From Podarcis cretensis (Eukaryota): DNA of 64,000 nucleotides. Of this stretch, positions 21,870 to 34,631 are shown piece after piece. Under the pieces are notes generated by a model, which saw nothing but the letters and a program-made list of their open reading frames with translations, searched no databases and was not told the DNA's origin. Every line of letters starts with the position of its first letter. Within the stretch, counting starts at the first letter, position 1. The translations under genes were made by a program, and so were the position numbers. Location: the NCBI GenBank assembly GCA_951804945.1, contig OX638149.1:19034001-19098000 (forward strand), read 5' to 3'.

Positions 21870-23839
21870 TTTTTTGAAAAAATAATTTTTATTAACGGAC
21901 CAATCACATCAAATCAAACCAAATTACATAAATAACAAATTACATAGCCGAATTTTAAATTTTTGTTGGGGGTACCCATATTTCAAGTTCCGAAGGGGAT
22001 CCAATCATCTTCTTGCTGCTGCTTTAATGTCCACAAATCTGTCCATATGATGTTCACAATGCTGTCCAGTCCTTTCTTATTGTTTTCCACATCTCCTCTT
22101 GTTATTCTCATATATTTTTCCTTTCTCTTTGTGACCTCTGATGCTCTCCAAAGCGGGTTAAGACAAATTGTAATCCTGTGTGGATATTTTTATTCATCCA
22201 AGAACCATATTCAGACGGTTTCCGTATATCATCACTTCCATAAATAAAAACAGTCTTACCGTCGTTAATCTTCACAGGTCTGTCGCCTTTCTCCAACCTC
22301 TGAGGAGGTTCGCCAGGAATGCAGTCCGAAAACAAATACATTCCTCCTCCCGGTTGTAAATCCTTCGACAAAGCCTCCTGCCAACATGGCGACTGTTTTT
22401 ATTGCTGCGTCATTCCAAAAGCTCTTGCTCTTTACTCGATCTCCGTAAAACATACTGTCAGAGCTGCCCCTAGGTCCCAGCTCACAGAGGACCAACGCCA
22501 GGCTGTCGTTATGTACAAAAGTCTTTATTGAAGTTCAGTTTCCATTTCAAAGCCGCAGCGCGCAGTTCTACGTCTTAAACCCTAGACCGGCGAAGTCCCG
22601 TCTGAGTCTCCTCCCCTCTGACACCAGTTTAAGATCCTAGCCCTGCTCCACCTTTTCCACTGCTCTCTCCTCCTCTGGGTCCTCCTGCCCGCTGGGGCAT
22701 TCCCCTTTCTGGACTCTTCTGACGCTGAGTCGCTTAACTCCTCCCCCTGTCTCTGGCGGGCTTCAGGACCCGGTTCCCAATCCTCATTCTCTGCTGTCCC
22801 ACGCTCCTGTACATTTGAACTTGCCTCTCGCGCCAACCCAGTGACCTTCCTCCTGACCGTTACACTACTTCTGTCACTGCTTCCCTCTTCCAGGATACTG
22901 GCTGGATCTGACCTCCCCTCCGTTGTCTGACTCTCTGATGGAGGCGTGGTCAGCCCTGCCTTATCTTCTCTCCCTGGTGGGGAATCCACTGGCCCCGATA
23001 CCTGGGACTCTTCCCCCCCACTATGCTCTGGTGGGGAAGCTGGTCCTGATTTCCAACTGCTGCTCTGGGAGTCCCTGCTGCCCCCTTGCTCCTGGGGCGT
23101 TCCCCTTGGGAACCCCCTTCCCCTGGCCACTGGCGCCCCCTTCTGTGAATCTTCCGATTCGCTGGAGAGGCTCATGGAATCCCTCGGGCCACTGTCATCT
23201 TCTCCTACGCTGCCCTCAGATTCTTCCCCTTCACTCTCCATCTCCCCTCTTCCCTGTGCTTCTGCTCCTGAGCCCCTGACACATACTTTTGGTTAAAGTT
23301 CATTTCCACACAGTCCTTAAACATCCTGCTTAGGTCAGTTAACCGACGGTTCCAGCATGAGGAGGGGTTCTTGGTTAATCACATAGAAGAAAAGAAAAAA
23401 AGTCCCCCCCATCCAGTCCCACTGCTGACATACCCAGCCTTTGATGTATCTTCCCCATGAAATATTCCTGTTGCTCCAACACGTCGCTCTGTTTTCACAG
23501 AGGTCCCTTCAATTAGCAGTCTTCACTCCCCTTCTTCACTTGAAATATGTGCATTTGCTTCTTTCTAATTGTAATATTTCAAATTGCTGCAGCTAGTGTG
23601 CAATCAGAGACAGCGTCCAGGAGAGCCGGAGTCCACATGAGGGCATTCTGCCTAGTGCCCTCACCCTCTTCTTTCGAATCCGGGGGTGATTTATGGGCAC
23701 AGCAGGCAAGGGCAGTGTTCCCCATTCCCTTGGGGCAACAAGGGAGGCTACCTACTCCCATAATAGCCTCTTAATTACCTCGTGTGGGCTGGAGAGATGG
23801 TATTGTCGGCCATCTTCCAATGTGCCCCTAGTGGCCCCC
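21870..23839 (-). mobile_element. Short non-autonomous L1-like retroelement (~1.14 kb without the nested LTR)
   Basis: 16-bp TSD TCTTCTTCACACTTTC (21854-21869, 23840-23855). Minus-strand 5' end GGGGG... with L1-type YY1 motif AAGATGGCCG (23807-23816); minus-strand AATAAA plus A-rich tail at 21870-21895. Confidence 0.8.
22456..23281 (-). mobile_element. Solo LTR (826 bp) containing a 219-aa ORF
   Basis: TGTCAG...CTGACA inverted termini, perfect 5-bp TSD CATAC (22451-22455, 23282-23286), minus-strand AATAAA at ~22524-22529, ORF 23241->22582. Confidence 0.85.
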
Positions 23840-23920
23840 TCTTCTTCACACTTTCATCTGCAAGGCATGAAGGGCCTGTTCATACAATGTGCATGTATAT
23901 TATTGATTTATCCAAAGCTA

Positions 23921-24300
23921 AAAAAAGGTAAAGGACCCTTGGACGGATAAGTCCTATCAAAGGCGACTATGGGGTTGCGGCGCTCATCTCGCTTTCAGGC
24001 CGAGGGAGCCGGCGTTTGTCCACAGACAGCTTTCCAGGTCATGTGGCCAGCATGACTAAACCGCTTCTGGCGCAACAGGACACCATGATGGAAGACAGAG
24101 CGCATGGAAATGCCATTTACCTTCCCACTGCAGCAGCACCTATTTATCTACTTGCACTTCGTGCTTTCAAACTGCTAGGTTGGCAGGAGCTGGGACTGAA
24201 CAACGGGAGCTCACCCTGTTGCGGGGATTCAAACCACCAACCTTTCGATCGGCAAGCCCAGGCGGCACAATGGTTTAACCCACAGCACCACCTGTGTCCC
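23921..24300 (-). mobile_element. Sauria SINE
   Basis: Consensus match; flanking direct repeat TATTGATTTATC. Confidence 0.9.
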
Positions 24301-26405
24301 TATTGATTTATCTACCCTTTATTATGATGGTGGCTGGCACCTGAAATTGGGAACCGGCTCCCTTACAAAGCAACGTGCTCGAAGTGCTGTTTACAGCAGC
24401 AACGGTGTATTTTCATGTGCAAGGTGACACTTGATATCACAGCCATCAAGTAATATACAGTATATGCACGTGTGAATCAGATCTGTGCCAGTGAGCCCAG
24501 AACTAGGGGAAGGTAGTTGTTATGGATGAATTAAAGCTGGATGCAAACAATCGTTATTTTCAAGAGTGGCTTGAGAGAGACTTTGCTTTCAAAAGGATGC
24601 ACATATATTTTATAATGTGTGTGACTTCTTGAAATGATATCAAACCTGGCAAAGTTATTTTCCAGAGCTAGAGGAGGTTTGCACAGCAACCCCACCTTCA
24701 AACTGCCCTCAGATCTCATGGGGGTGCTTCCGGTTGTGTCTTTTCATCCCATGCTTAGTGGTTATTTTGGGGTAACTGTCTTTCTGTCTCCAGGCCTGTT
24801 GCTCAGGCACTGCCTTCGTGAACTGGGTTCATCAGCCCAAAGAAAGCGAAAGAAGGATGAAAGAAGGAATGCTGAAGAGTCAAGAGCATACTTCAAGTCA
24901 GCCCTTGGCTCTGATCAAATGGCTAGCATTTATGAGCAAGATAATCCGGTTTCTCATTGATCTTGGCAGTGCTGGCAGGGGGCTGTATTTACATTTGGAC
25001 GGATGGCCCCTGGACATATTTTTCTCCACAGTATTAAACACAAAGAGGCTTGCTATTAGCACCAGGAAAGCTGGTGCTTTTAAATTCATCTCTTCATTAC
25101 AAATGCATTTCTTTGAAAGCCTAACCTTCTTTGTTCCAATACCTTATTTTTATCTCAGTAAAGTTGCACTGAAGTTTGCAGAACCACAGGGCTCCATTCA
25201 GCTAACAGGTCCCACTAGAAGGAGCTTGCTTGTGCAATGGAGCTGTCTTTCCTCTTCTCCCCACATGCCCCTGGTGCCCCCAAATTGGCTCTGGGGCAGT
25301 CAAGACAACCCCCAGAAAAGCGCGTGGGTGGGGGAAGAGGAGAAATGCTTGCACCAGGCAAGCAGAAACACATGCGCTGATTGAGTGATCTCCTTAGCCC
25401 TATGTTGAATTGATTCTGCCCTTTTTGTCTGTAAGTTTATAACCTTCACATCTGTATTTTGGTTTGGTTTTTTTTTTTTTTTTTTTGCAGATTTCCAATC
25501 TTTGCCATTGTATCCTGCTGCTCTTATCTGTAAAGGCCGAATTATAAAATACCTGTAGCTCGAAAGACATCAGGTAAGTCACCATGATGACCGGCATCTG
25601 TTTTTAGACAGCAACTCCTAACTCTTGTGCAACTAGTCAGAACATTTCAATGAGCTGCGCTCTGGCTTGATGAAACTTGAGAACAAATCTTTATCCAGGT
25701 GAAATTAAACTCCATAAATGGCTGCATATGGCCAGGAGTGGGCAGAAGGTACATCATAGGCTATATCAACTACTATTTGACGTGTTGTTTCTCAAACAAG
25801 CTTGATACCAATAGTAATTTATAGGCTCAGATTATATTTGATGCTAACATTCCCCTGTCCTACTCCTAACTATCCGTTTCATGAAGCTACACTATAGATC
25901 CTTCAAGACCACTGCTAGTTGCTCCTCCTCACAGTGGCTCTCTTAAGATACCAGGCAGAATTGGGTGCTCCCACCCTGCCCACTCCCCCCAGCCCTGCTC
26001 CCTGAGATCATTTATTTGGAGCTGCTAGGGTTTGAACTTGGGTGAATCTAATCTAGAAGACACAATACAAAGGGAAAAATAGATTGGGAGGGATGAGGAG
26101 GGATTCAAGATGCATAAACACACAGTCATTCAACTTTTAGAGAATGCGGGGAGGGAATTACTGGGGAATAAGTAGGATATACATGATTATTATTGGGGGG
26201 GGGGTGCAGAGCAGGGATCCACACTAACAAAATTTTAACAAGTGGTGGCAGCTGAAAAGCAATGGTGATCTACCAGGAAAAGGTAAACAGAAACTGTTTG
26301 AGCATTCTATGATCACATAAGAATCTAAACACAGTAGTTTAATGCAACTTCCTACACAGAATAGTTTTCCGTGTAGGAAATGGATGAGAAGCAGCTGTTT
26401 ATTAG

Positions 26406-26765
26406 GTAAAGGTAAAGGTACCCCTGCCCGTACGGGCCAGTCTTGACAGACTCTGGGGTTGTGCGCCCATCTCACTTAAGAGGCCAGGGGCCAGCGCTGT
26501 CCGGAGACACTTCCGGGTCACGTGGCCAGCATGACATCGCTGCTCTGGCGAGCCAGAGCCGCACACGGAAACGCCGTTTACCTTCCCGCTGGTAAGCGGT
26601 CCCTATTTATCTACTTGCACCCGGAGGTGCTTTCGAACTGCTAGGTTGGCAGGCGCTGGGACCGAGCAGCGGGAGCGCACCCCGCCGCAGGGATTCGAAC
26701 CGCCGACCTTTCGATCGGCAAGCCCTAGGCACTGAGGCTTTAACCCACAGCGCCACCTGCGTCCC
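26406..26765 (-). mobile_element. Sauria SINE, second subfamily
   Basis: TSD AGCTGTTTATTAG; nearly identical to the 8501-8877 copy. Confidence 0.95.
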
Positions 26766-28067
26766 ATAGCTGTTTATTAGTCCCATGCAAAAATAATAAT
26801 CTTGAACAACTAGGATAAATTTGCCCCTGTACTTCTATAGAATCCCCACCCACCCCATTATTTATTTCTGTTTTAAAATTAGTATGAAACAGAACTGAGA
26901 AGAGATGGAGAGAGAAAGAAAGATTTGCTCTAGCAATCTGTGGTTTTGATCTAGGGACACAGGTGTCTCTTCCTTGTGCCCTTTTGTGAAACACCAACCC
27001 CCTCGGGACAAGTGATAGAACATAGAGATGGCTACGATTCAATAAAGTCGCAATAAAACATCCAGGGCCTTTGATACTCTTTCACTTTCTTTAACTCAAT
27101 TTATTTTTCATTTCACGGACAGAGATTTAGTCCTGGTATTAGTTTGTGATTTTGCTGAAAGAATTACTCAGCCCATACGAAAGGGAAATATTATCGTTAC
27201 TCTCTCTCTCTTTTATTTTATTTTATTCTTTGCCCCGCATTATGCCATCGGAGGCTCAAACAGAGCCGACGGAAAACAAAAGAGGAGAGCCGAAATCACT
27301 TCACCACTGCTGCGTTTTTCATTACAGAAGTTATTACATATAGAAATTACTCCAAATTATCTGAAATGAATGGAAATTATGAGGTTTAAATTCCCCAAGT
27401 TGTTGCAAGCGCAGCACTGGAAATTTATTTTGTCATCTTGCCGAACATAATTGCTGCAACAAAATTCTCTCCCATTTTACAACTGCAGCATAACTTATTT
27501 ATACCAGTGTTGTTGTAATTCGACATCAATAAGTTGCATGGGAAGACATGCACAGGTGGTAATTGAAAACAATAATTTGTAGCGGGGTCCAGGTGGAATG
27601 GTTGGCTGGCTCAGAAAAGGCTTTTGCATCAGTGTGGCCTCCCCCCCCCTTTTCCCCCCACCGCAGCATAAGCATCCCCCTGGTCCAGCAGGCTCTGAGG
27701 TTGCCTAATCATCCTAAATTACATTTCAAAGTGTCAGCTGAGGTGAGCCGAACAGCTGATCTATAATTATGGCCTTGACCCACAGATCACAAGCAGGAAG
27801 CACAGGCAAGGCATCTGGGGAATCCCTCTTGCTCTCTCTCTCTTTTAAACAGGCCAAGGGAAAGGGGAGGAAAGCCCTCAGCCTCACCGAAAAAACGGTG
27901 TTTCAAGGTGGCTAGCCACAGCTTTAAGGCGGCAAACTTCGTCGCCAAGGTTTCTGGTATGGAAAGTTATTGACATTTTGCGGCAGAAGAAGGTCAACTG
28001 GCATGTTTGTAATGGATCTTTTGCGTCCCCTCCAACATTTCTCCGATGAAAACAGGGACATCCTACC

Positions 28068-28109
<42 letters not shown>

Positions 28110-28110
<1 letters not shown>

Positions 28111-28697
28111 TTCCTTTCTTGGGCTCCATGATCACTGCAGATGGTGACAGCAGTCACAAAATTAAAAGACGCCTGCTTCTTGGGAGAAAAGCAATGAAAA
28201 ACCTAGACAACATCTTAAAAAGCTGAGACATCACCTTGCCAACAAAGATCCGTATAGTTAAAGCTATGGTTTTCCCAGTAGTGATGTATGGAAGTGAGAG
28301 CTGGACCATAAAGAAGGCTGATCACCGAAGAATTTATGCTTTTGAATTATGGTGCTGGAGGAGACTCTTGAGAGTCCCATGGACTGCAAGAAGATCAAAC
28401 CTATCCGTTCTGAAGGAAATCAGCCCTGAGTGCTCACTGGAAGGACAGATCGTGAAGCTGAGGCTCCAATACTTTGGCCACCTCATGAGAAGGGAAGACT
28501 CCCTGGAAAAGACCCTGATGTTGGGAAGGATTGAGGGCACAATGAGAAGGGGACGACAGAGGACAAGATGGTTGGACAGTGTTCTTGAAGCTACCAGCAT
28601 GAGTTTGACCAAACTGCGGGAGGCAGTGGAAGACAGAAGTGCCTGGCGTGCTCTGGTCCATGGGGTCACAAAGAGTCGGACACGACTAAACAACTAA
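28110..28697 (+). mobile_element. Bov-B (RTE) LINE 3' fragment
   Basis: Translation IVKAMVFPVVMYGSESWTIKKA..RRI.AFELWCWRRLLRVPWTARRSN...LQYFGHLMRR.DSLEKTLMLG is characteristic of Bov-B. Confidence 0.93.
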
Positions 28698-28795
28698 AAC
28701 ATGCCCATCTGACTGGGTTGCCTCAGTCACTCTGGGCAGCTTCCAACATTTATAAAAACATAGCAAAACATTGAACATTAAAAAATTTCCGTATA

Positions 28796-29034
28796 CAGTC
28801 AAACCTCGGTTCCCAAACGCCTCCGTTATTGTACGTTTCGGCTCCCAAATGCCAAAAACCTGAAAATAAATGCTCTGGTTTTTTAAGGTTTTTCAGAACC
28901 CAAACATCCGATGCAGCTTCTGCTTGAGTGCAAGAAGTTCTTGCAATCAACTGGAAGCTGGACCTCAGTTGACAAGTTTCGGAAGCCGAACGGTCTTCCG
29001 GAACGGATAACGTTCGACCACCGAGGTTTGACTG
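28796..29034. mobile_element. Tc1/mariner (Tigger-like) MITE
   Basis: TA|CAGTCAAACCTCGG...CCGAGGTTTGACTG|TA. Confidence 0.9.
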
Positions 29035-29289
29035 TACAGGGCTGCCTTCAGATGGTTCAGGGGCCAGATTACTCTATAACCACCAATGTTTCTCTAATGA
29101 AAACAGGGACATCTTAAGGGAAAGTGGGTCACTTCCAGGATCAAATCAGAAACCAGAACATGTTTCTATTTTTTCAGGGACAGTTGTGGATTTACAGAAG
29201 CCGTCCCAGTTTCTGATTTGATCATATAATGTCCTGCTTTCCCTTAGGACATCCCTATTTCCATCAAAGAAATGTTGAAGGGTATGGTA

Positions 29290-29644
29290 AAGGTAAAGGG
29301 ACCCCTGACCATTAGGTCTAGTCGCAGACGACTCTGAGGTTGCGGCGCTCATCTTGTTTTATTGGCCGAGGGAGCCGGCGTACAGCTTCCAGGTCATGTG
29401 GCCAGCATGACTAAGCCGCTTCTGGCGAACCAGAGCAGTGCACGGAAACATTGTTTACCTTCCCGCCGGAGCAGTACCTATTTATCTACTTGCACTTGAC
29501 GTGCTTTCGAACTGCTAGGTTGGCAGGAGCAGGAGCTGGGACAGAACAACAGAAGCTCACCCCATCACGGGGATTCGAACCACCAACCTTCTGATCGGCA
29601 TGCCCTAGGCTCTGTGATTTAACCCACAGCGCCACCCACATCCC
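29290..29644 (-). mobile_element. Sauria SINE
   Basis: 14-bp TSD TGAAGGGTATGGTA. Confidence 0.93.
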
Positions 29645-31817
29645 TGAAGGGTATGGTAGGGTGTCCCTATTTTCATGGGAGAAACGTTGGAGGGTATGCA
29701 GTTATGTGACCTCCAAGCCCAGGAGATAAGTAACTATACAACCTTTAGAAGACATCTGCAGGCAGCCCTGTATAGGGAAGTTTTTTAAATGCAACCCAGT
29801 CAGATTGGTGGGGTTTTGTTTGTTTGTTTGTTTGTTTGTTTAATATACCACCCTATACCTGCAGGTCTCAGGGTGGTTCACAGAATATAATCAGAATATA
29901 AAACCACAAAATACATACTCAAAATAAAAACAACCCAATAACATCCTCCAAACAGAATTTCTTTCCTCTGTGGTGAGTTCTGGCACCTTTTTAGTGTTGC
30001 TGCTTGTAGCTCAACAACTTAGGGTTGTCCGTCCCAAAAAGGGGGGGGGGGTTTCCTGCACCTCTTTTTCTAGAAAAAAAGCGCTGCTTCCAACACATTT
30101 TAAAAGGACATAGAATTATTATTATTATTATTGTTATTATTATTATTGAATAAAATGTCCCTAATTTCATTGGATAAATGTTGGAGGGTGGGGTCACAGG
30201 CTTCGGCCTGTGTAGCTTCCACTATCAGTATGATGAGGGAAGCTTCATCATATGTTGAACAATCACTTCAAGACCAGTTTCAATGTTACCTTTAATCTGG
30301 TCCTTGTACCACATCCATCCATGCTGTTTGTTCATCCCTTCATCACAGAAGACCCAAAATAAAATTCACACTGGCTTTCTCCAGCGAGAGAATTCTGCTT
30401 AAAAATGATGGTCCTTCAACAAGAATAAGGCTATGATTCTAAGTACATTCATGAGAGACGAGGCAAAAGGGAGTTGAACACAATTCGATTGACTTCTAAG
30501 CAAACAAGCATAGGATTGTGGTACATAGACATATAGGAACCTCACAAAATGGAGGCCTAGAAAAGTTGCCCTAGTTTGGATTTGCAAATCCTAATAAAGT
30601 TTTTCCTGAATTCTGTGTCTCAGATGTATGGCATGTGAATAGCTCATAAACTCCACCTCAGTCCCTATATCTGTAAAATGGAAAGAATAAATCCTTACAT
30701 GTCTCACAAAGCTGTCAAGAAGACGAATGAGGGAAATATGTTTTCTTGAATTGTTTTTGCCCAATTAAAGTGCTGTGTAACAGATTAATAATAATTGGTT
30801 CCCCAAAGGACACAAATAATGATATTCCCCTTGTTAAACTCACTTAAGCTGCACTCCTAGCAAACTCCATTACCAGTTCCTTGAAAACAATAATCTGCAC
30901 TTAATGTTCAATCCAAACTTATTGCTCCCAGGTTAGGTGTCCCCAGTAGAGTTGGTGTTTCTTTCTTTGTTGACAAGAATAATGTATCTGCAAATGTTCT
31001 CAGTAAATCTAAATACTTGAAATTTTAACTCTTTGTTTTGAATATCGTTTGTTTCTTTTAAGTCTCGTCATTCTGCATCATCTAAAAGATTACTTTTAGG
31101 GATCGGAACACAAGTAGAGCCCTGCAGGATCAGGCCAAAGACCCAACTAGTCCAGCATCATGCTCTCACAGTGTTTGGCCAGATTCCTGTGAGAAACCCA
31201 CAAGCACAATCTGAACTCAACAATTGTCTCAACTGTGATTCCTAACAAGTGGTATTCAAAGGCCTTCTGCAGAGGTAATATATGGCCATCATTCATAGCT
31301 AGTAGCCATTGATAGCCTTATCGTCTAGCAAAAAATAATGCAAAAAACAACAACAAAACAAACCACAACCCCAGTTGGAACATACTTTTCTGATGATACC
31401 AGCTTAATTTGCACAGCCCTGGAACATAAAAAGCAGAAATATGGATGGAGCTAATCCAGAGTTCACTACTGGGCTCAGTTGGGACTGAAAATGGTTTCAT
31501 TATTTGTTTCCCAAAAAGCTACTGCACAGCAACATCTTGAGGGCATTGGTTGGGGAAGGCTGAACCCGAAAACCCCATTGCATGTGTAAGTCTTTCCATC
31601 ATGACCCCACAAAGCAAAAGTTTCCTGCATTGCAGTAGGTTGGATGAGATGACCCTCGTGGACCCTTCCAGCTCTATGACTCTCATGAAACATAGCAATA
31701 CGTCTGAGAGCCTAAGGTGCTGGTTATTATTTTTATTTATCCCACCTGTGATAACATTCAGCGCAAGGGCAAGTGGCAGGCACACACTGCAAACTCTCTT
31801 TCCTTGTATTGTGCATG

Positions 31818-31860
31818 CAGTGGCGTAACGTGGGTTGCCAGGGCCTGGGGCAGTGTGGAG
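31818..31860 (+). mobile_element. Left end of a hAT element related to the one at 19354
   Basis: CAGTGGCGTAACGTGGGTTGCCAGGGCCTGGGGCA versus CAGCGGCGTAGCGTGGGTTGTCAGCACCCGGGGCA; right end not found. Confidence 0.6.
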
Positions 31861-32619
31861 GAGTGGCTAAGAGGGAGGGAAGGAAGGAAACAGACAGAGT
31901 ACGCATTCAACCACCTAGCCACATCTCTGTCACCCAGGAGATCGAAGCCACAGAGATAAGATGAGGTCACTTCCTGGTTCGCATGGAGAAGCCGTTTGCA
32001 AGAGTCCAGCAATGGAAGCACACAGCTGTATTGAGGCAGCACCGGGCGTTGAAATTCTGTGTGTATGGATGGAGGCGAAGGACAAAATGCTGGAGGAAGA
32101 GGGCCTACCAGATAGGAGGTGGGGAAGTCAACTGGAGCTATGAAAGCTTTGTTGAAATGATCTCAGTGCATTTTGAACGTGCAACTAAAGGGCGACACAC
32201 GAGACACAACTCTGTGAAAAAGCTGGAAAGTGTGTGATCTTATGCTGGCGCCTGCAATCTGCCTGGATGCAACATCCTTTGATCCAGAAACCTTTCCCAT
32301 TAACCCATTTTCTGGAATGTAAAGGATTCCACCATCCAAACATTCCCATCAAAACCAGGCTTCCTCAAGTCTGTTTGGGTGATGGTGCTAAGCACAGCAA
32401 GCAGACACACACACTTTTGTGGCACTAAACCATGGGCAGCACTAGAGGGGGGCAGAGGGCAAGCACCCCACCACCACCAAATAAGGAGCTTGCCCCACCT
32501 GTGCCCCCTGACTTCTTCTTTTGCAGTTTTCCCCATTCATCTTTGGATCGATGCCTCTTCAAGTTCTCTCCATCATTTTCTGTTGGCTCCTTGCACCCAC
32601 ATAAGCCCTGCTGTTAGTT

Positions 32620-32860
32620 TTAGATTGTCCACAGGTGGTCACTTACGTGGTCTTTTGAAATTGTAGACTCTCCATACTGACACTGCTTTATTCCATTGGC
32701 CCAAATCACGTCTCGCCACATGTCCTGCATGTATTTGTTCACAAGATCCATACCTTTTGATATTTGCCACATCCAATTAGCTTTTCTATCTTTTAATGAT
32801 ATTCCTAACATTGCATGTACCTTGGCGTGCTGTGTCATTCTTAAGCTGTTCACATTGCAG
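32620..32860 (-). mobile_element. Ancient RTE-like LINE fragment
   Basis: Degenerate translation LRMTQHAK..AMLGISLKDRK.N resembles the RTE motif L..TQRAMER.MLG.SL.DR..N. Confidence 0.5.
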
Positions 32861-34631
32861 GTGATATGTACATAGGGAACACATTAGCATTCAAGCCAAA
32901 GGAAATATTTTTATTTTTCATTATAAAGTTGAATTATAAAGGTTATAAATATGTACTATTATATTTATTTCAGACACAACTTGGGACACAACTTGTCTAC
33001 CTAGAAATATACTTTGCTTGCCCTTTCTGTACTCACCTGTAAATAAAATTTTGGTACCATCATGGTCCTAAATTTCGGATTACCAATTCACGGCAGAAAG
33101 CAGTAAGTGAGCTCATCTGTTCATCTATTCATATTTCGCTTAATGCTCATACGGATTCTAAGCAGTCAAATATGGGGAATCCTTTGTCGAATGTCTCTGT
33201 TTATTTATTTTTATTTTAAATGAACCGGCCCCCGGTAGAGATAGGCTCATCGGATGCAAAAGCTCTTCTACTCTATAGATAACAAGCTGCGCTTCCTCTT
33301 TTCCTCGCAAGGTGGAGCGACTTTTTCATCAGCTTCTGGCTCAATGTTATTTCACACACCCAAACGCGCCTCCTTTTCCTTCAACACTTAAAAGAGACAG
33401 TTATGCCGCAGACAGAGCATTAGTAATAAAAGAAGTTTGATCGAGGGAGGCAGTTTTAATTTTGAAAATAAAAATGAAAATGACTTCCAGCCCGATCACC
33501 CTGTGCGTTTTTACTTTTGAGTAGTCCCACTAAGAGTTCAAGGAGACAGAAGGGATTAACTCCGAAATCTCCTCTAAACAGGAATCTCTAGCCCCTAACT
33601 TGCAATCCATTGAAGTTGACAGTTGCATCGGACGGGTCGGGTCGGGGAAGAGCGCGAAACACAAACTTTGCAAAAGTGAAAGCAGGCGGCGTGCCTTGCT
33701 CCTAATCCACACTAAAGCGAAGTGGCGCCACAAACTTTTAACCTGCGCATTTAAATTTTGCAACACGGCAGTGCAATCAAGAGCTGGCCCGGGTTTTGGC
33801 ACTTTCACGGGTTTTGTGGTGCCCTTCTATTCTAGAGCATGTGGCTTCACCGGAGAACGTGATTGGTTAATACGCTGGTGCGGTAATATGGCTTGCCAAA
33901 AATATTTCCTCCAAACACGCTTTCAAACCTGAGCCTTGCATAACCTTCATTCTCTGTATGAACTGATACTAAGGAACATTTGACTCTCACCTGAAGCTGA
34001 AAAATGCTGCATTCACTTACATGGGAGAAAGCCCCATTGAACACAGTGGGGTTTCCCTCCTAGTAAACCTACATAGGTTTGAGCTGCTGCTGCTGCTGCA
34101 CAATTTTGATTTGTGATTACCCGTGCTATATGACTATGTAGAAAATAATACATGTCTCAATATCCTGAACAGTTAATAAAATGGAGCATTCACATTTATC
34201 ATATTCTTATAACCGAAGACGCTTTTTATTTAACCCGGTACTTTGATCTAGTATTCATTACATAAAATAACTTGCGTTTAATTTCCTTTCCTTTCCTAAA
34301 AAACAAAACACCAAACCTAACCCTTGTTTTCCAGGCTCTTTCTAATCACGTTGCCATTATGATAAATAGTATATTGGTCGCTTGCTTTGCGTCCTAAACC
34401 GTGTCTACTTGGAAGTAAGCCCCACGGGTTTCAATGGGATTTACTCCCGAGTAAGCGCGCTCGTGCAAACAAAAACAAAACAAATACCCACCAACCTATG
34501 CCGTCGCCTTTAAAAAAAAAAGTTGCAATTCCTCTGCGCGTTTCTTTTGGGAAAAACCAAACACAATTCAATGGGACCCACTTCCATGCAGAGGCTCAGG
34601 GTGCAACTTTCTCCAGAACCGTGCCCACCAT

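Noticed and set aside
28236-28697. 153-aa and 228-aa (10267-10953) ORFs as host genes
   Set aside because: Truncated C-terminal pieces of Bov-B and RTE LINE ORFs.
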